Positions 40,798 through 56,535 of a DNA stretch of 64,000 nt are shown piece after piece. The notes beneath the pieces were generated by a model, which worked only from the letters and a program-made list of their open reading frames with translations, searched no databases and was not told the DNA's origin. The translations under genes and the position numbers were made by a program. The first letter of the stretch is position 1. Each line of letters starts with the position of its first letter. This DNA comes from Eledone cirrhosa (Eukaryota), in assembly GCA_964016885.1 (NCBI GenBank), contig OZ024759.1, forward strand, positions 28,272,001 through 28,336,000, in the 5' to 3' direction.

Positions 40798-43524
40798 TAT
40801 ATAAGTATGTACACGTACATACATATATGTATACCGACGTACAGTAGTATGTATATATATATATATATACATACATGCACACATATATATATGCACGTAT
40901 GGATTCACCGAACATTTATTATAATGCTCGGTGTGTTTGTAAACAAACATCCCGTATTAAGCCGTAGTGTCTAGCAACCACCGTTGCTCGTTTGTTCAAC
41001 ACTGACAAAGGAACGCTGTACTAGTTTCAAGCTTGTTAGCTATCATCAGCAACGTATACCTTCCTGCCAGATTGTTGAACGTATATACTTACCTTATGCA
41101 TATTAACGGCTGAGTAGCCCAATATGCATATCGAGTGGGTTAATCGGCCGGGTGCACCGAAAACGATAAACGGAAAAAATGAAACGATATTTCATTTCCC
41201 ACTCTTAGTACGGCTGTTACTTAAATATAAGTATGTACACGTACATACATATATGTATACCGACGTACAGTAGTATGTATATATATATATATATACATAC
41301 ATGCACACATATATATATGCACGTATGGATTCACCGAACATTTATTATAATGCTCGGTGTGTTTGTAAACAAACATCCCGTATTAAGCCGTAGTGTCTAG
41401 CAACCACCGTTGCTCGTTTGTTCAACACTGACAAAGGAACGCTGTACTAGTTTCAAGCTTGTTAGCTATCATCAGCAACGTATACCTTCCTGCCAGATTG
41501 TTGAACGTATATACTTACCTTATGCATATTAACGGCTGAGTAGCCCAATATGCATATCGAGTGGGTTAATCGGCCGGGTGCACCGAAAACGATAAACGGA
41601 AAAAATGAAACGATATTTCATTTCCCACTCTTAGTACGGCTGTTACTTAAATATAAGTATGTACACGTACATACATATATGTATACCGACGTACAGTAGT
41701 ATGTATATATATATATATATACATACATGCACACATATATATATGCACGTATGGATTCACCGAACATTTATTATAATGCTCGGTGTGTTTGTAAACAAAC
41801 ATCCCGTATTAAGCCGTAGTGTCTAGCAACCACCGTTGCTCGTTTGTTCAACACTGACAAAGGAACGCTGTACTAGTTTCAAGCTTGTTAGCTATCATCA
41901 GCAACGTATACCTTCCTGCCAGATTGTTGAACGTATATACTTACCTTATGCATATTAACGGCTGAGTAGCCCAATATGCATATCGAGTGGGTTAATCGGC
42001 CGGGTGCACCGAAAACGATAAACGGAAAAAATGAAACGATATTTCATTTCCCACTCTTAGTACGGCTGTTACTTAAATATAAGTATGTACACGTACATAC
42101 ATATATGTATACCGACGTACAGTAGTATGTATATATATATATATATACATACATGCACACATATATATATGCACGTATGGATTCACCGAACATTTATTAT
42201 AATGCTCGGTGTGTTTGTAAACAAACATCCCGTATTAAGCCGTAGTGTCTAGCAACCACCGTTGCTCGTTTGTTCAACACTGACAAAGGAACGCTGTACT
42301 AGTTTCAAGCTTGTTAGCTATCATCAGCAACGTATACCTTCCTGCCAGATTGTTGAACGTATATACTTACCTTATGCATATTAACGGCTGAGTAGCCCAA
42401 TATGCATATCGAGTGGGTTAATCGGCCGGGTGCACCGAAAACGATAAACGGAAAAAATGAAACGATATTTCATTTCCCACTCTTAGTACGGCTGTTACTT
42501 AAATATAAGTATGTACACGTACATACATATATGTATACCGACGTACAGTAGTATGTATATATATATATATATACATACATGCACACATATATATATGCAC
42601 GTATGGATTCACCGAACATTTATTATAATGCTCGGTGTGTTTGTAAACAAACATCCCGTATTAAGCCGTAGTGTCTAGCAACCACCGTTGCTCGTTTGTT
42701 CAACACTGACAAAGGAACGCTGTACTAGTTTCAAGCTTGTTAGCTATCATCAGCAACGTATACCTTCCTGCCAGATTGTTGAACGTATATACTTACCTTA
42801 TGCATATTAACGGCTGAGTAGCCCAATATGCATATCGAGTGGGTTAATCGGCCGGGTGCACCGAAAACGATAAACGGAAAAAATGAAACGATATTTCATT
42901 TCCCACTCTTAGTACGGCTGTTACTTAAATATAAGTATGTACACGTACATACATATATGTATACCGACGTACAGTAGTATGTATATATATATATGTATAC
43001 ATACATGCACACATATATATATGCACGTATGGATTCACCGAACATTTATTATAATGCTCGGTGTGTTTGTAAACAAACATCCCGTATTAAGCCGTAGTGT
43101 CTAGCAACCACCGTTGCTCGTTTGTTCAACACTGACAAAGGAACGCTGTACTAGTTTCAAGCTTGTTAGCTATCATCAGCAACGTATACCTTCCTGCCAG
43201 ATTGTTGAACGTATATACTTACCTTATGCATATTAACGGCTGAGTAGCCCAATATGCATATCGAGTGGGTTAATCGGCCGGGTGCACCGAAAACGATAAA
43301 CGGAAAAAATGAAACGATATTTCATTTCCCACTCTTAGTACGGCTGTTACTTAAATATAAGTATGTACACGTACATACATATATGTATACCGACGTACAG
43401 TAGTATGTATATATATATATATATACATACATGCACACATATATATATGCACGTATGGATTCACCGAACATTTATTATAATGCTCGGTGTGTTTGTAAAC
43501 AAACATCCCGTATTAAGCCGTAGT
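40798..43524 (-). mobile_element. Left arm of 426-bp hammerhead-bearing tandem array (retrozyme / Penelope pLTR-like concatemer), about 6.4 units
   Basis: Marker CCGACGTACAG recurs at 40834, 41260, 41686, 42112, 42538, 42964 and 43390 (exact 426 spacing). Reverse-complement hammerhead core TCATCAG occurs at 41043, 41469, 41895, 42321, 42747 and 43173. No long ORF. Confidence 0.9.
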
Positions 43525-43528
43525 ACAG

Positions 43529-45946
43529 TGAAACTAGTACAGCGTTCCTTTGTCAGTGTTGAACAAACGAGCAACGGTGGTTGCTAGACACTACGGCTTA
43601 ATACGGGATGTTTGTTTACAAACACACCGAGCATTATAATAAATGTTCGGTGAATCCATACGTGCATATATATATGTGTGCATGTATGTATATATATATA
43701 TATATACATACTACTGTACGTCGGTATACATATATGTATGTACGTGTACATACTTATATTTAAGTAACAGCCGTACTAAGAGTGGGAAATGAAATATCGT
43801 TTCATTTTTTCCGTTTATCGTTTTCGGTGCACCCGGCCGATTAACCCACTCGATATGCATATTGGGCTACTCAGCCGTTAATATGCATAAGGTAAGTATA
43901 TACGTTCAACAATCTGGCAGGAAGGTATACGTTGCTGATGATAGCTAACAAGCTTGAAACTAGTACAGCGTTCCTTTGTCAGTGTTGAACAAACGAGCAA
44001 CGGTGGTTGCTAGACACTACGGCTTAATACGGGATGTTTGTTTACAAACACACCGAGCATTATAATAAATGTTCGGTGAATCCATACGTGCATATATATA
44101 TGTGTGCATGTATGTATATATATATATATATACATACTACTGTACGTCGGTATACATATATGTATGTACGTGTACATACTTATATTTAAGTAACAGCCGT
44201 ACTAAGAGTGGGAAATGAAATATCGTTTCATTTTTTCCGTTTATCGTTTTCGGTGCACCCGGCCGATTAACCCACTCGATATGCATATTGGGCTACTCAG
44301 CCGTTAATATGCATAAGGTAAGTATATACGTTCAACAATCTGGCAGGAAGGTATACGTTGCTGATGATAGCTAACAAGCTTGAAACTAGTACAGCGTTCC
44401 TTTGTCAGTGTTGAACAAACGAGCAACGGTGGTTGCTAGACACTACGGCTTAATACGGGATGTTTGTTTACAAACACACCGAGCATTATAATAAATGTTC
44501 GGTGAATCCATACGTGCATATATATATGTGTGCATGTATGTATATATATATATATATACATACTACTGTACGTCGGTATACATATATGTATGTACGTGTA
44601 CATACTTATATTTAAGTAACAGCCGTACTAAGAGTGGGAAATGAAATATCGTTTCATTTTTTCCGTTTATCGTTTTCGGTGCACCCGGCCGATTAACCCA
44701 CTCGATATGCATATTGGGCTACTCAGCCGTTAATATGCATAAGGTAAGTATATACGTTCAACAATCTGGCAGGAAGGTATACGTTGCTGATGATAGCTAA
44801 CAAGCTTGAAACTAGTACAGCGTTCCTTTGTCAGTGTTGAACAAACGAGCAACGGTGGTTGCTAGACACTACGGCTTAATACGGGATGTTTGTTTACAAA
44901 CACACCGAGCATTATAATAAATGTTCGGTGAATCCATACGTGCATATATATATGTGTGCATGTATGTATATATATATATATACATACTACTGTACGTCGG
45001 TATACATATATGTATGTACGTGTACATACTTATATTTAAGTAACAGCCGTACTAAGAGTGGGAAATGAAATATCGTTTCATTTTTTCCGTTTATCGTTTT
45101 CGGTGCACCCGGCCGATTAACCCACTCGATATGCATATTGGGCTACTCAGCCGTTAATATGCATAAGGTAAGTATATACGTTCAACAATCTGGCAGGAAG
45201 GTATACGTTGCTGATGATAGCTAACAAGCTTGAAACTAGTACAGCGTTCCTTTGTCAGTGTTGAACAAACGAGCAACGGTGGTTGCTAGACACTACGGCT
45301 TAATACGGGATGTTTGTTTACAAACACACCGAGCATTATAATAAATGTTCGGTGAATCCATACGTGCATATATATATGTGTGCATGTATGTATATATATA
45401 TATATATACATACTACTGTACGTCGGTATACATATATGTATGTACGTGTACATACTTATATTTAAGTAACAGCCGTACTAAGAGTGGGAAATGAAATATC
45501 GTTTCATTTTTTCCGTTTATCGTTTTCGGTGCACCCGGCCGATTAACCCACTCGATATGCATATTGGGCTACTCAGCCGTTAATATGCATAAGGTAAGTA
45601 TATACGTTCAACAATCTGGCAGGAAGGTATACGTTGCTGATGATAGCTAACAAGCTTGAAACTAGTACAGCGTTCCTTTGTCAGTGTTGAACAAACGAGC
45701 AACGGTGGTTGCTAGACACTACGGCTTAATACGGGATGTTTGTTTACAAACACACCGAGCATTATAATAAATGTTCGGTGAATCCATACGTGCATATATA
45801 TATGTGTGCATGTATGTATATATATATATATATACATACTACTGTACGTCGGTATACATATATGTATGTACGTGTACATACTTATATTTAAGTAACAGCC
45901 GTACTAAGAGTGGGAAATGAAATATCGTTTCATTTTTTCCGTTTAT
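43529..45946 (+). mobile_element. Right arm (inverted orientation) of the same 426-bp array, about 5.7 units
   Basis: Reverse complement of the left arm. CTGATGA cores at 43935, 44361, 44787, 45211 and 45637; one unit is 424 bp because of a TA-dinucleotide loss. The arm starts inside a hammerhead (TGAAACTAGTA at 43529). Confidence 0.9.
43904..43990 (+). ncRNA. Type I hammerhead ribozyme (representative of 11 complete copies in the array)
   Basis: Stem I ACGTTG/CAGCGT, extended by AAGG/CCTT, CTGGCA/TGTCAG and GTTCAACA/TGTTGAAC. Core CTGATGA (43935-43941). Stem II AGCT-aaca-AGCT, then GAAA. Minimal palindromic stem III ACTAGT. Predicted GUA cleavage after 43965. Confidence 0.85.
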
Positions 45947-45970
45947 ACATATATAGTTATATATATATAG

Positions 45971-46013
<43 letters not shown>

Positions 46014-46312
46014 TATATATATATACATACATATATAGTTATATATATATATATACACACATACATATATATATATAACCATTTTCTATGTACAAAAGCA
46101 TTCAACCATCGTCCTACAGTTTATTGACATCTAAACGAAACCTTTCTCTATATTAACTGTATTCTCTCAGTCGGAAGTGTCACAGGCTGGCTAGTAAAGA
46201 ATGCAAGTTAGTATTTTCTGTTTATTACTAAATAACACAATTTGAACCAATCTATTCGGTATTCCATCTCCTGAAGAGGTTCAATTTACCATGTATGTAC
46301 ACAAACAGCCCA

Positions 46313-46361
<49 letters not shown>

Positions 46362-47100
46362 AAGTATGTATGTAGATATATATATATATTTATGTGTGTG
46401 TGTATATAAGTATGTATGCATGTATGTATGTATGTATATATATATGTACAAATATATATATATTTATATATATACATACGTAGGTGTATAATTATTTATA
46501 TATATCCATACAAAAATATATGATCATATATATATATATATATTCATACCCATTGATATATGTATATTTAAAACGATTATCTGTGTGTGTGTGTGTGTAT
46601 TTGCGGCTGTTCATGTGTGTGTAAGATGGTGCTATATGCCTGCATATACACAGTATATACATGTGTGTACATACACGTTTGTATGTGAATGCATAGTTAG
46701 TTGCAATATGCAACAAGTAAGCAAAATATTCTAACAAAAGGTGGAAAGCTGCCCAAAAGTGAAAGCAAAATGGCGTCCGGATGACTCGTCAAATTCCACT
46801 ATACCTAAAGACACATATCTACATTATTGATAGAGAAGAAAATCCTGATGGATGAGAAAAAGATTGTCTTTCCACGTCAAAGATGTTCATAATGAAATCT
46901 GTCATGGTCAGCGTTTCCACTCCAGTAATGTGTTCTTTGTAAAGACATATACAACAAATAGACCGACATAGGGACAGCAATATCTGACAGTTTTTAAACA
47001 TTTTAATATTTTTTTGCCCCGGACAGAAAATATTTAACGTTGATGGACGCAACTTGTCATGTTAAAAATTAATGAATGCCTCTATCTATCTATCTAAATA

Positions 47101-47183
<83 letters not shown>

Positions 47184-47188
47184 CCTCT

Positions 47189-47222
<34 letters not shown>

Positions 47223-47310
47223 ATATATATATAACAGAAATATGACGAGCTGCAATGAAGATCTAACATCTCGTCCTGTATATATATATAGTAATAATAA
47301 TAAATGTGGA

Positions 47311-48140
<830 letters not shown>

Positions 48141-48285
48141 AAAAAAGAGGGTGTGGTAAGATACCAGATGGACCATAACGCACCAGAGTACTCAATACTT
48201 AGGAGAGTAGAGGGGGTAACAGGAAGAGAGTCAGGACCCCGACGGCTGAGCTCCGTCGAAACGGCCAGAGCTCAGCCCTCGGGGT

Positions 48286-48290
<5 letters not shown>
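48141..48290 (-). mobile_element. Family B element at the end of a 0.8-kb (TA)n tract
   Basis: Tail plus short palindrome GACCCCGACGGCTGAGCTC..GAGCTCAGCCCTCGGGGTT. Confidence 0.75.
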
Positions 48291-48329
<39 letters not shown>

Positions 48330-48398
48330 GTAGTAACACAAGCTCATCGCATGAACTGAGTTCTCTACCACTACGGGTATTACCTTCCAGTGTTCTAC

Positions 48399-48533
<135 letters not shown>

Positions 48534-48782
48534 AACATACACAACATATACAAAGATTCACATACACACACACATATATAATTCCAATTTCCAATACTTT
48601 GTAATCTTGTGCTCTTTAAGAAATCTCTGGTTTGCCAGATTTGGTGGCAAAGTGGATAACACACACATACAGATATATGTGATGTACACACACACGCGCG
48701 CGCACATATATATATATATATATATTCATAATTATATATACAATTACATATACTTACATACACACATACATATATACATATA

Positions 48783-48834
<52 letters not shown>

Positions 48835-50068
48835 TACATATACACACACACATATATATATGCACATGTTTATATTTATAACTATATATATATAAATACA
48901 TATACTTACATTTATATATATATATATATATAACATATATACAATTACGTATACTTACATACATATATATATATATATATACATATAATAGCCTGAAAGA
49001 CATTTTCCACAACATGTATTTTATTAAAGATAGTTTTTCCTATATCTCTACTAATATGAAAATCGATATTAATTTCAATACAATATCGAAAATATTTAGA
49101 TTTCAATTATCATCTGCTTCTTTACATTTTAGGTGCATATCATATCCCATGTTAGAAACGATATATTATAACACCTCACCCTCTTTTGTGTCTGTTATGT
49201 ACATTATTGTTATTGTTGTTGTCGTTGTTGCTGGTGTTGTTTTTATTGCCGTGTTGTTGTTGTTATTATTGTTATTGTTGTTATTTTGTTGTTGTTTATT
49301 CGTTTGTTAGTGTTGATGTTATTGATGTGGGTTATCGGATGTTTGTATTAAATATTGTTATTCTTGTTGCTGTTGCTGTTGTTGTTGTTGCTGTGGGCTG
49401 TTTTTATTATATATTTTAATTGTTGCTGCTTATTAGTGTCTTAGTGTTGCTGTTGTTTGTATTATATATCATTGTAATTGTTGTAGCTGTTGTTTGTTGG
49501 TTTCTTAGTGTTGTTGTTGTTGTGGGTTGTGGGTTGTTTGTATAATATATTATTGTAATTGTTGTTGCTGTTGTTTGTTAGTGTTAGGGTTTTGCACTGT
49601 TTCTATCATATATTATACTTTAAAAGAAAGAAAAATATAAATTAATGTTGAGATCGTAGAAATGATATGAAGTACAATGTTTGGAAATATTTATGGAAAT
49701 ATTATCATTAATAAATTGTAATCTACTTTTTGTACAACTTAGTTCAAAATGTCGCATAATTGAATTTAAAGAAACAAAAGGAAAATCCCAATCGAAGCAG
49801 CATTGAATTGTATAATTATTCATCAATTTTGCTACTGGTATTATTATGCCTGATACTGGTAGCATGTAAGACAATACATCCTGCTTCATAATTGAATGGT
49901 CGGCTCCTTCACCAGACCCTGGTCTAGTCATGCCAGGGTTCTGTCTGCTATTTGTACCTCACCAGACCTTGGTCTGGTCCGGTCAGGTCTACTGGTAACA
50001 TGTAACACAGTACAACCTGCTTTATTGTCGTGAGTCGAGAGCAGAGAGCCGGAACGAATACCATAAAG

Positions 50069-50170
50069 CAGGGGTTCTCAACCTCGTCCATGTGGGCCAC
50101 TAGTGGTCCACAGGAAAATTCAGGTGGTCCACAGGCAGAGAATACTATGGACTGACAGCTAGCGCCATCC
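50069..50170 (+). mobile_element. hAT (Charlie-like) MITE end; related opposite end at 63660-63722
   Basis: CAGGGGTTCTCAAC terminus here and TTGAGAACCTCTG at 63710-63722. Confidence 0.5.
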
Positions 50171-50615
50171 CACTCCCACAATTGAAAGAACTATTTCGGC
50201 CGCCGACCTCTGCTTGACCGACCCCATTTCACGCGCACGCGCGCTCTGCTGAATACCTCAGATATTCAAAACAACAAACAGCGGAGGACACGTTTCGCAC
50301 CTTTCCGACAGACACCCCCCCCCCCCCCCCCCCGGAAAAAAAACCCCAGTTGATGGATGTGAATCCGAAATATATAGGGACAATTAAATCTCTCCCAAGG
50401 TAACTCTATCTCGTGTTATTATTTTTATTTTTATCCTTTACGCTCTTTCCTACATTCTTCTACACGCTACAGTCTTCTACACGCCACACATCTCAACGTA
50501 CACCCACTTACATCTCACTCTCCACCACCGGATCTTGTTACCCGGAGATATACCCATCTGCATTGTTGGGGCTTCCAAACGACTTAAAGAAATGTACCAT
50601 ATATATATATATATA

Positions 50616-50819
50616 GTTTTAATATAGAAGAGCTTCTACAGGACTAGAACTGTTTAATTCGTGAGAAATCATCAGGAAGCTCCTGATGCTTCCTGATGAT
50701 TTCTCACGAATGAAACAGTTCTAGTCCTGTAGAAGCTCTTCTATATTAAAACTTTTATACCCTGCTATGTATTGAGTACCTTACTTACTGTGGTTACCTC
50801 CGATTCAACCCAGAATAAC
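50616..50819 (+). mobile_element. Palindromic short element (family A) with a complete type I hammerhead at 50688-50736
   Basis: Stem I GCTTC/GAAGC, CTGATGA, stem II TTC-tcac-GAA, GAAA, stem III ACAG/CTGT, GUA site. Arms 50616-50680 and 50688-50752, plus a one-sided tail. Confidence 0.8.
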
Positions 50820-51528
50820 TTACACATATATATATAGAGAGATAGATAAACATACACGGGTGTGTATGATTGTGTATAGAAGATTATATTAATAAGAGGA
50901 ATTCCAACTTTGTCTGATTTACTCGTTTTATTTACAATCCTTTAAAATTTATAATGGTATTATAATGAAATAGTATGATAGAATATTAAATTCTAAGTGT
51001 TAATTGAACAACTACTTTCATGCTTTCGCAATCTTCAGGTTCATAATATGTGGTGACAGTCAAGTTTGCAATTTTCAACACAGTTGAAAATTGCTAACCA
51101 AAAGATAAACCGCCGTAACTCAATACCACAAAGCATGTTGTGTGACGCTCTACCGATTACTGCCAAACCACTTCACTTTCGTGTTGCTAATAACAGACGG
51201 ATACTTTGTTGCTTTGCAATACAATTCAATACTAGCTTTATAATACTGTAATACTAGCTTTACCAATTCCTATAAGATTTATTTTGTAGTCAATTGTAAA
51301 TGGCTCTACTTCCCACCTCAGTGGAACACTATGTACGTCATAATTGACGGCTTGAGAAAAATGCCCAAACAAGCAATGTGTGGGGTTCATGGTTCACATG
51401 TTAGGGGCCTTCGGGTCAGCAGAGAATATCGAGTTTTTAACTATGGACAATAGGAAAATCGTTAGCTACAACATAACAAACAACATTACAGTACAGCTAT
51501 GCTTAGACGGATGTAGGCTTGAAACACT

Positions 51529-51594
<66 letters not shown>

Positions 51595-51705
51595 CACATG
51601 CGTTCACACATACACACACATAAATACACAGACTCACAGGTGCACACTCATACACGTACACACACGCACAGACAGACTCGTCTCACATGCACACACAGAT
51701 GCAAA

Positions 51706-51745
<40 letters not shown>

Positions 51746-51925
51746 CATATGTATGTATAGAAAAAAATATATATATATGTGTGTATGTGTGTGTGTGTAT
51801 AGAAATACATATATATATATATATATACATATATATATGTGTGTGTGTGTATATATATATATATATGTGTGTGTGTATATATATGTATAGAAATATATAT
51901 ATATTATATATAGAGAGAGAAATAT

Positions 51926-51982
<57 letters not shown>

Positions 51983-52456
51983 CCCACACACACACACACG
52001 TGTATACATTAGTGTGTATAGGTATATATGTGTGTGTATAGGTGTACGGGTTATAGAAGTAGACTTCTCGGTCTCAACTGAATAGCTAAGTAAAAAAATA
52101 TAATATTGTTTGTTTGTATATTTAATATTTCTGTTACTGTTTTCTCTTCAAAGAAATCATTTTTGTAATTGCAAACTTCAAAATTATACTTGGTTGATTT
52201 TTACAGTTTTCATGGAAACTGTAACAAATAAGCGATAAAAGCGTGCAAATGCTGAAAATAAAATAACCCAAGGGAACCAAGGAAACGTCACGTTGTCGTC
52301 TCAACTTAAGGAATTGTTATAATTTGCTAATGAAGCTCTCTATGTATATATGTAAAGATTGAGTTGAAAAAAGATAATGGTATACATACATATATATACA
52401 CACACATATATATATGTATGTATATGCATATATATATATGTATATATATACATATC

Positions 52457-52495
<39 letters not shown>

Positions 52496-52498
<3 letters not shown>

Positions 52499-52611
52499 AA
52501 CCAGTAAGACCCCTGGGGGTCTTACTGGTTCCTATTACCCACTCTACTACCTCAAGTATTGAGTACTTTGGTGCGTTATGGTCCACCTGGTTCCTTACCA
52601 CATTTCCTTCG

Positions 52612-52613
<2 letters not shown>
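52496..52613 (+). mobile_element. Family B minimal copy, palindrome centred next to the predicted ribozyme cleavage site
   Basis: AGGAACCAGTAAGACCCC-T-GGGGGTCTTACTGGTTCCT, then the tail. Confidence 0.75.
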
Positions 52614-52675
<62 letters not shown>

Positions 52676-52718
52676 GCATATATATATATGTGCATATGTA
52701 TATGTGCATATATATATA

Positions 52719-52841
<123 letters not shown>

Positions 52842-52876
52842 TACGTGTGTGAGTGTGTATGTATATATATATATAG

Positions 52877-52912
<36 letters not shown>

Positions 52913-53141
52913 GGGGGGGCAGACACGGAAATGTGAACTCCCTATAGGTAAACTATAGAAATAGTTAAATGTTGTTTAATATTCTAATTAATATCCACCT
53001 TAACTTTATTACATATTTTTTCTAGTATGAGGAAGTCGAAATTTGTATCGACTGAAACCGGTCGTAACTTTTTTTGAAAAATGTTTTTCAGTTTTCCATG
53101 ATAAAATTCTGTTACCATTTTCTACTGTTTCTTATTTTCTT

Positions 53142-53246
<105 letters not shown>

Positions 53247-53247
53247 G

Positions 53248-53316
<69 letters not shown>

Positions 53317-53317
53317 G

Positions 53318-53570
<253 letters not shown>

Positions 53571-53575
53571 GTATA

Positions 53576-53620
<45 letters not shown>

Positions 53621-53623
53621 ATC

Positions 53624-53695
<72 letters not shown>

Positions 53696-53722
53696 TATAT
53701 GTATGTATATATATATATATAC

Positions 53723-53770
<48 letters not shown>

Positions 53771-53807
53771 ATATATATATATATATATACATATATATAT
53801 GTATATA

Positions 53808-53956
<149 letters not shown>

Positions 53957-53996
53957 ATAGAGAAATTATGTAAGCAAAAAGCCGCCAGTAATTCTG

Positions 53997-54028
<32 letters not shown>

Positions 54029-54029
<1 letters not shown>

Positions 54030-54222
54030 GGAGAAAGTATGACCCCGACGGCAGAGCTCAAGCCGTTTCGACGGCTATTTCTGGACGGAAATAGCCGTCG
54101 AAACGGCTTGAGCTCTGCTGTCGGGGTCATACTTTCTCCTATTACCCACTCTACTACCCTAAGTATTGAGTACTCTGGTGCGTTATGGTCCATATGGTTC
54201 CTTACCACACCTACCTTCGTTA
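54029..54222 (+). mobile_element. Family B palindrome-plus-tail element in (TA)n
   Basis: Near-perfect palindrome 54029-54142, tail to 54221. Confidence 0.85.
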
Positions 54223-54233
54223 TATATATATAA

Positions 54234-54665
<432 letters not shown>

Positions 54666-54920
54666 TTCGTTTTTGAATTTGTTTTGCAAGATTTTTTATC
54701 TGAAAACTTGTGTTGAAACATATTGTTATACTTTGGGAGGGTCATGCTGTCAATAAAAACACACGCACCTGTCGATTTTCCCTCCAATTTATTATAAATT
54801 TCTGGTTGTTTGGTTAGTTGATTCGTTGGATAACCGGCTAGTTATTTATATATTGTCAAAACTCTTTCATCACACATTCTGTGACCTCCTCAGTGACTTG
54901 GTTTTTATTTTGTGTCTGTC

Positions 54921-54925
<5 letters not shown>
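54666..54925 (-). mobile_element. Family C copy with hammerhead at 54855-54897
   Basis: Minus strand GTCA-CTGAGGA-GG-TCACA-gaatg-TGTGA-T-GAAA-GAGTTT-TGAC. (TA)n flanks. Confidence 0.65.
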
Positions 54926-54965
<40 letters not shown>

Positions 54966-55040
54966 GAAGTACTTCTATCGAACTCGTTCCTTGGACTGAG
55001 TGCTCTACTACTACGGATATAACCCTCCAGTGTTCTACTA

Positions 55041-55078
<38 letters not shown>

Positions 55079-55251
55079 TCATTGAGCCTGTTATTCAGCT
55101 TTCTTTATATAACAGATTGAATGAGTTGGTGTGCATAACCCAACGTAACTTAAATACCTGTATATGTCACTTTTGTAACTATTTATATTTAACTCATCCT
55201 ATTGACTAATTGCTCTTACACTTAAATATTTCTACCAAACTTATACAAGAG

Positions 55252-55347
<96 letters not shown>

Positions 55348-56023
55348 TCTTATCTGGTCACATATACAGTATGCATACTCTGTTAGTAACTATGTCCCTG
55401 TTCACTATGAATAGTTCTATTTTCTTGTATTTCTGCGTTTGGTTTGTATTGTTACGGTTGTTGTTGTGGTGGTGGTGGTCGTCGTCGTCGTGGTAGTTGT
55501 GGTGGTGGTGGTAGTAGTTGTTGTTGTGGAGTTGGTGGTGGTGGTAGTTGTTGTTGTCGTGGTGCTGGTACTAGTGTTAGTTGTTGTGGTAGTTGTGGTG
55601 TTAGTTGTGGTGTTAGTGGTGGTGGTAGTAGTTGTTGTTGTTGAGGAGGTGGTGGTGGTAGTTGTTGTTCTGGTGGTGGTAGTGGTAGTTGTTGTTGTTG
55701 CGGTGGTGGTTGTAGTTGTTGTTGTGGTGGTGGTTGTGGTGGTGGTGGTGGTCTTGGTGGTGGTGGTTGTGGTGGTGGTAGTTGTTGTCGAGGTGCTGGT
55801 ACTGGTGTTAGTTGTTGTGGTAGTTGTGGTGTTAGTGGTGGTGGTGGTGGTGGTGGTGGTGGTGATGGTGGTAGTTGTTGTTGTTGTGGTAGTAGTTGTA
55901 GTTCATTGTTGTAGTTTTTGTTGTAGTTTATTGCTGATATTGTTGTAATTATTGTTGCTGTGGTTTATTGCTGTTAATGTTGTCGACGTTGTTATGGTGC
56001 CTCATTATCCTTGCCATTGTTGC

Positions 56024-56057
<34 letters not shown>

Positions 56058-56504
56058 ATTGCCCTTGTCCCGGTAATATTTTGTTTCATCGAAGTGTGTG
56101 TGGTGTATGAGGTTATGAGAATATCGATAAAAGTCTATCGATTATGGATTTTTATTTGTTTAGTCCTCAACATCGATTCCTGAACCAAACTCTCATTCAC
56201 TTTACGCCTCGACAGTTCTGCCATTCTCAGAGTTTTCACGAGATTACGTTGCAACCTGGCTTATAATGGCCGTTATTTTCAGCGTTCTCCTGTACAGGAA
56301 TCTTTGATGTCTTCACAGCGAAAAATATGCAAGGATTTTCTCTGTGTTAGGTTAACACAGGCATTGTCATTTTAGACGATGTTTCCAGAACACTGAGATT
56401 TATAATACATATATATATGTGTGTGTGTATATATATATATGTGTGTGTGTGTATATACATATGTATGTGTGTGTGTATATATATATGTATATATATATAT
56501 ATAA

Positions 56505-56535
<31 letters not shown>

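Noticed and set aside
41085-41100. U1 snRNA gene (ATACTTACCT start)
   Set aside because: The match ends after 10 nt with no U1 body; better read as a splice-donor motif on the other strand.
40798-45946. CRISPR array or coding repeat
   Set aside because: Units are identical end to end with no unique spacers, there are no cas genes or long ORF, and the context is eukaryotic.
46270-46290. CTGAAGA hammerhead core
   Set aside because: No following stem II/GAAA; at most a truncated remnant.
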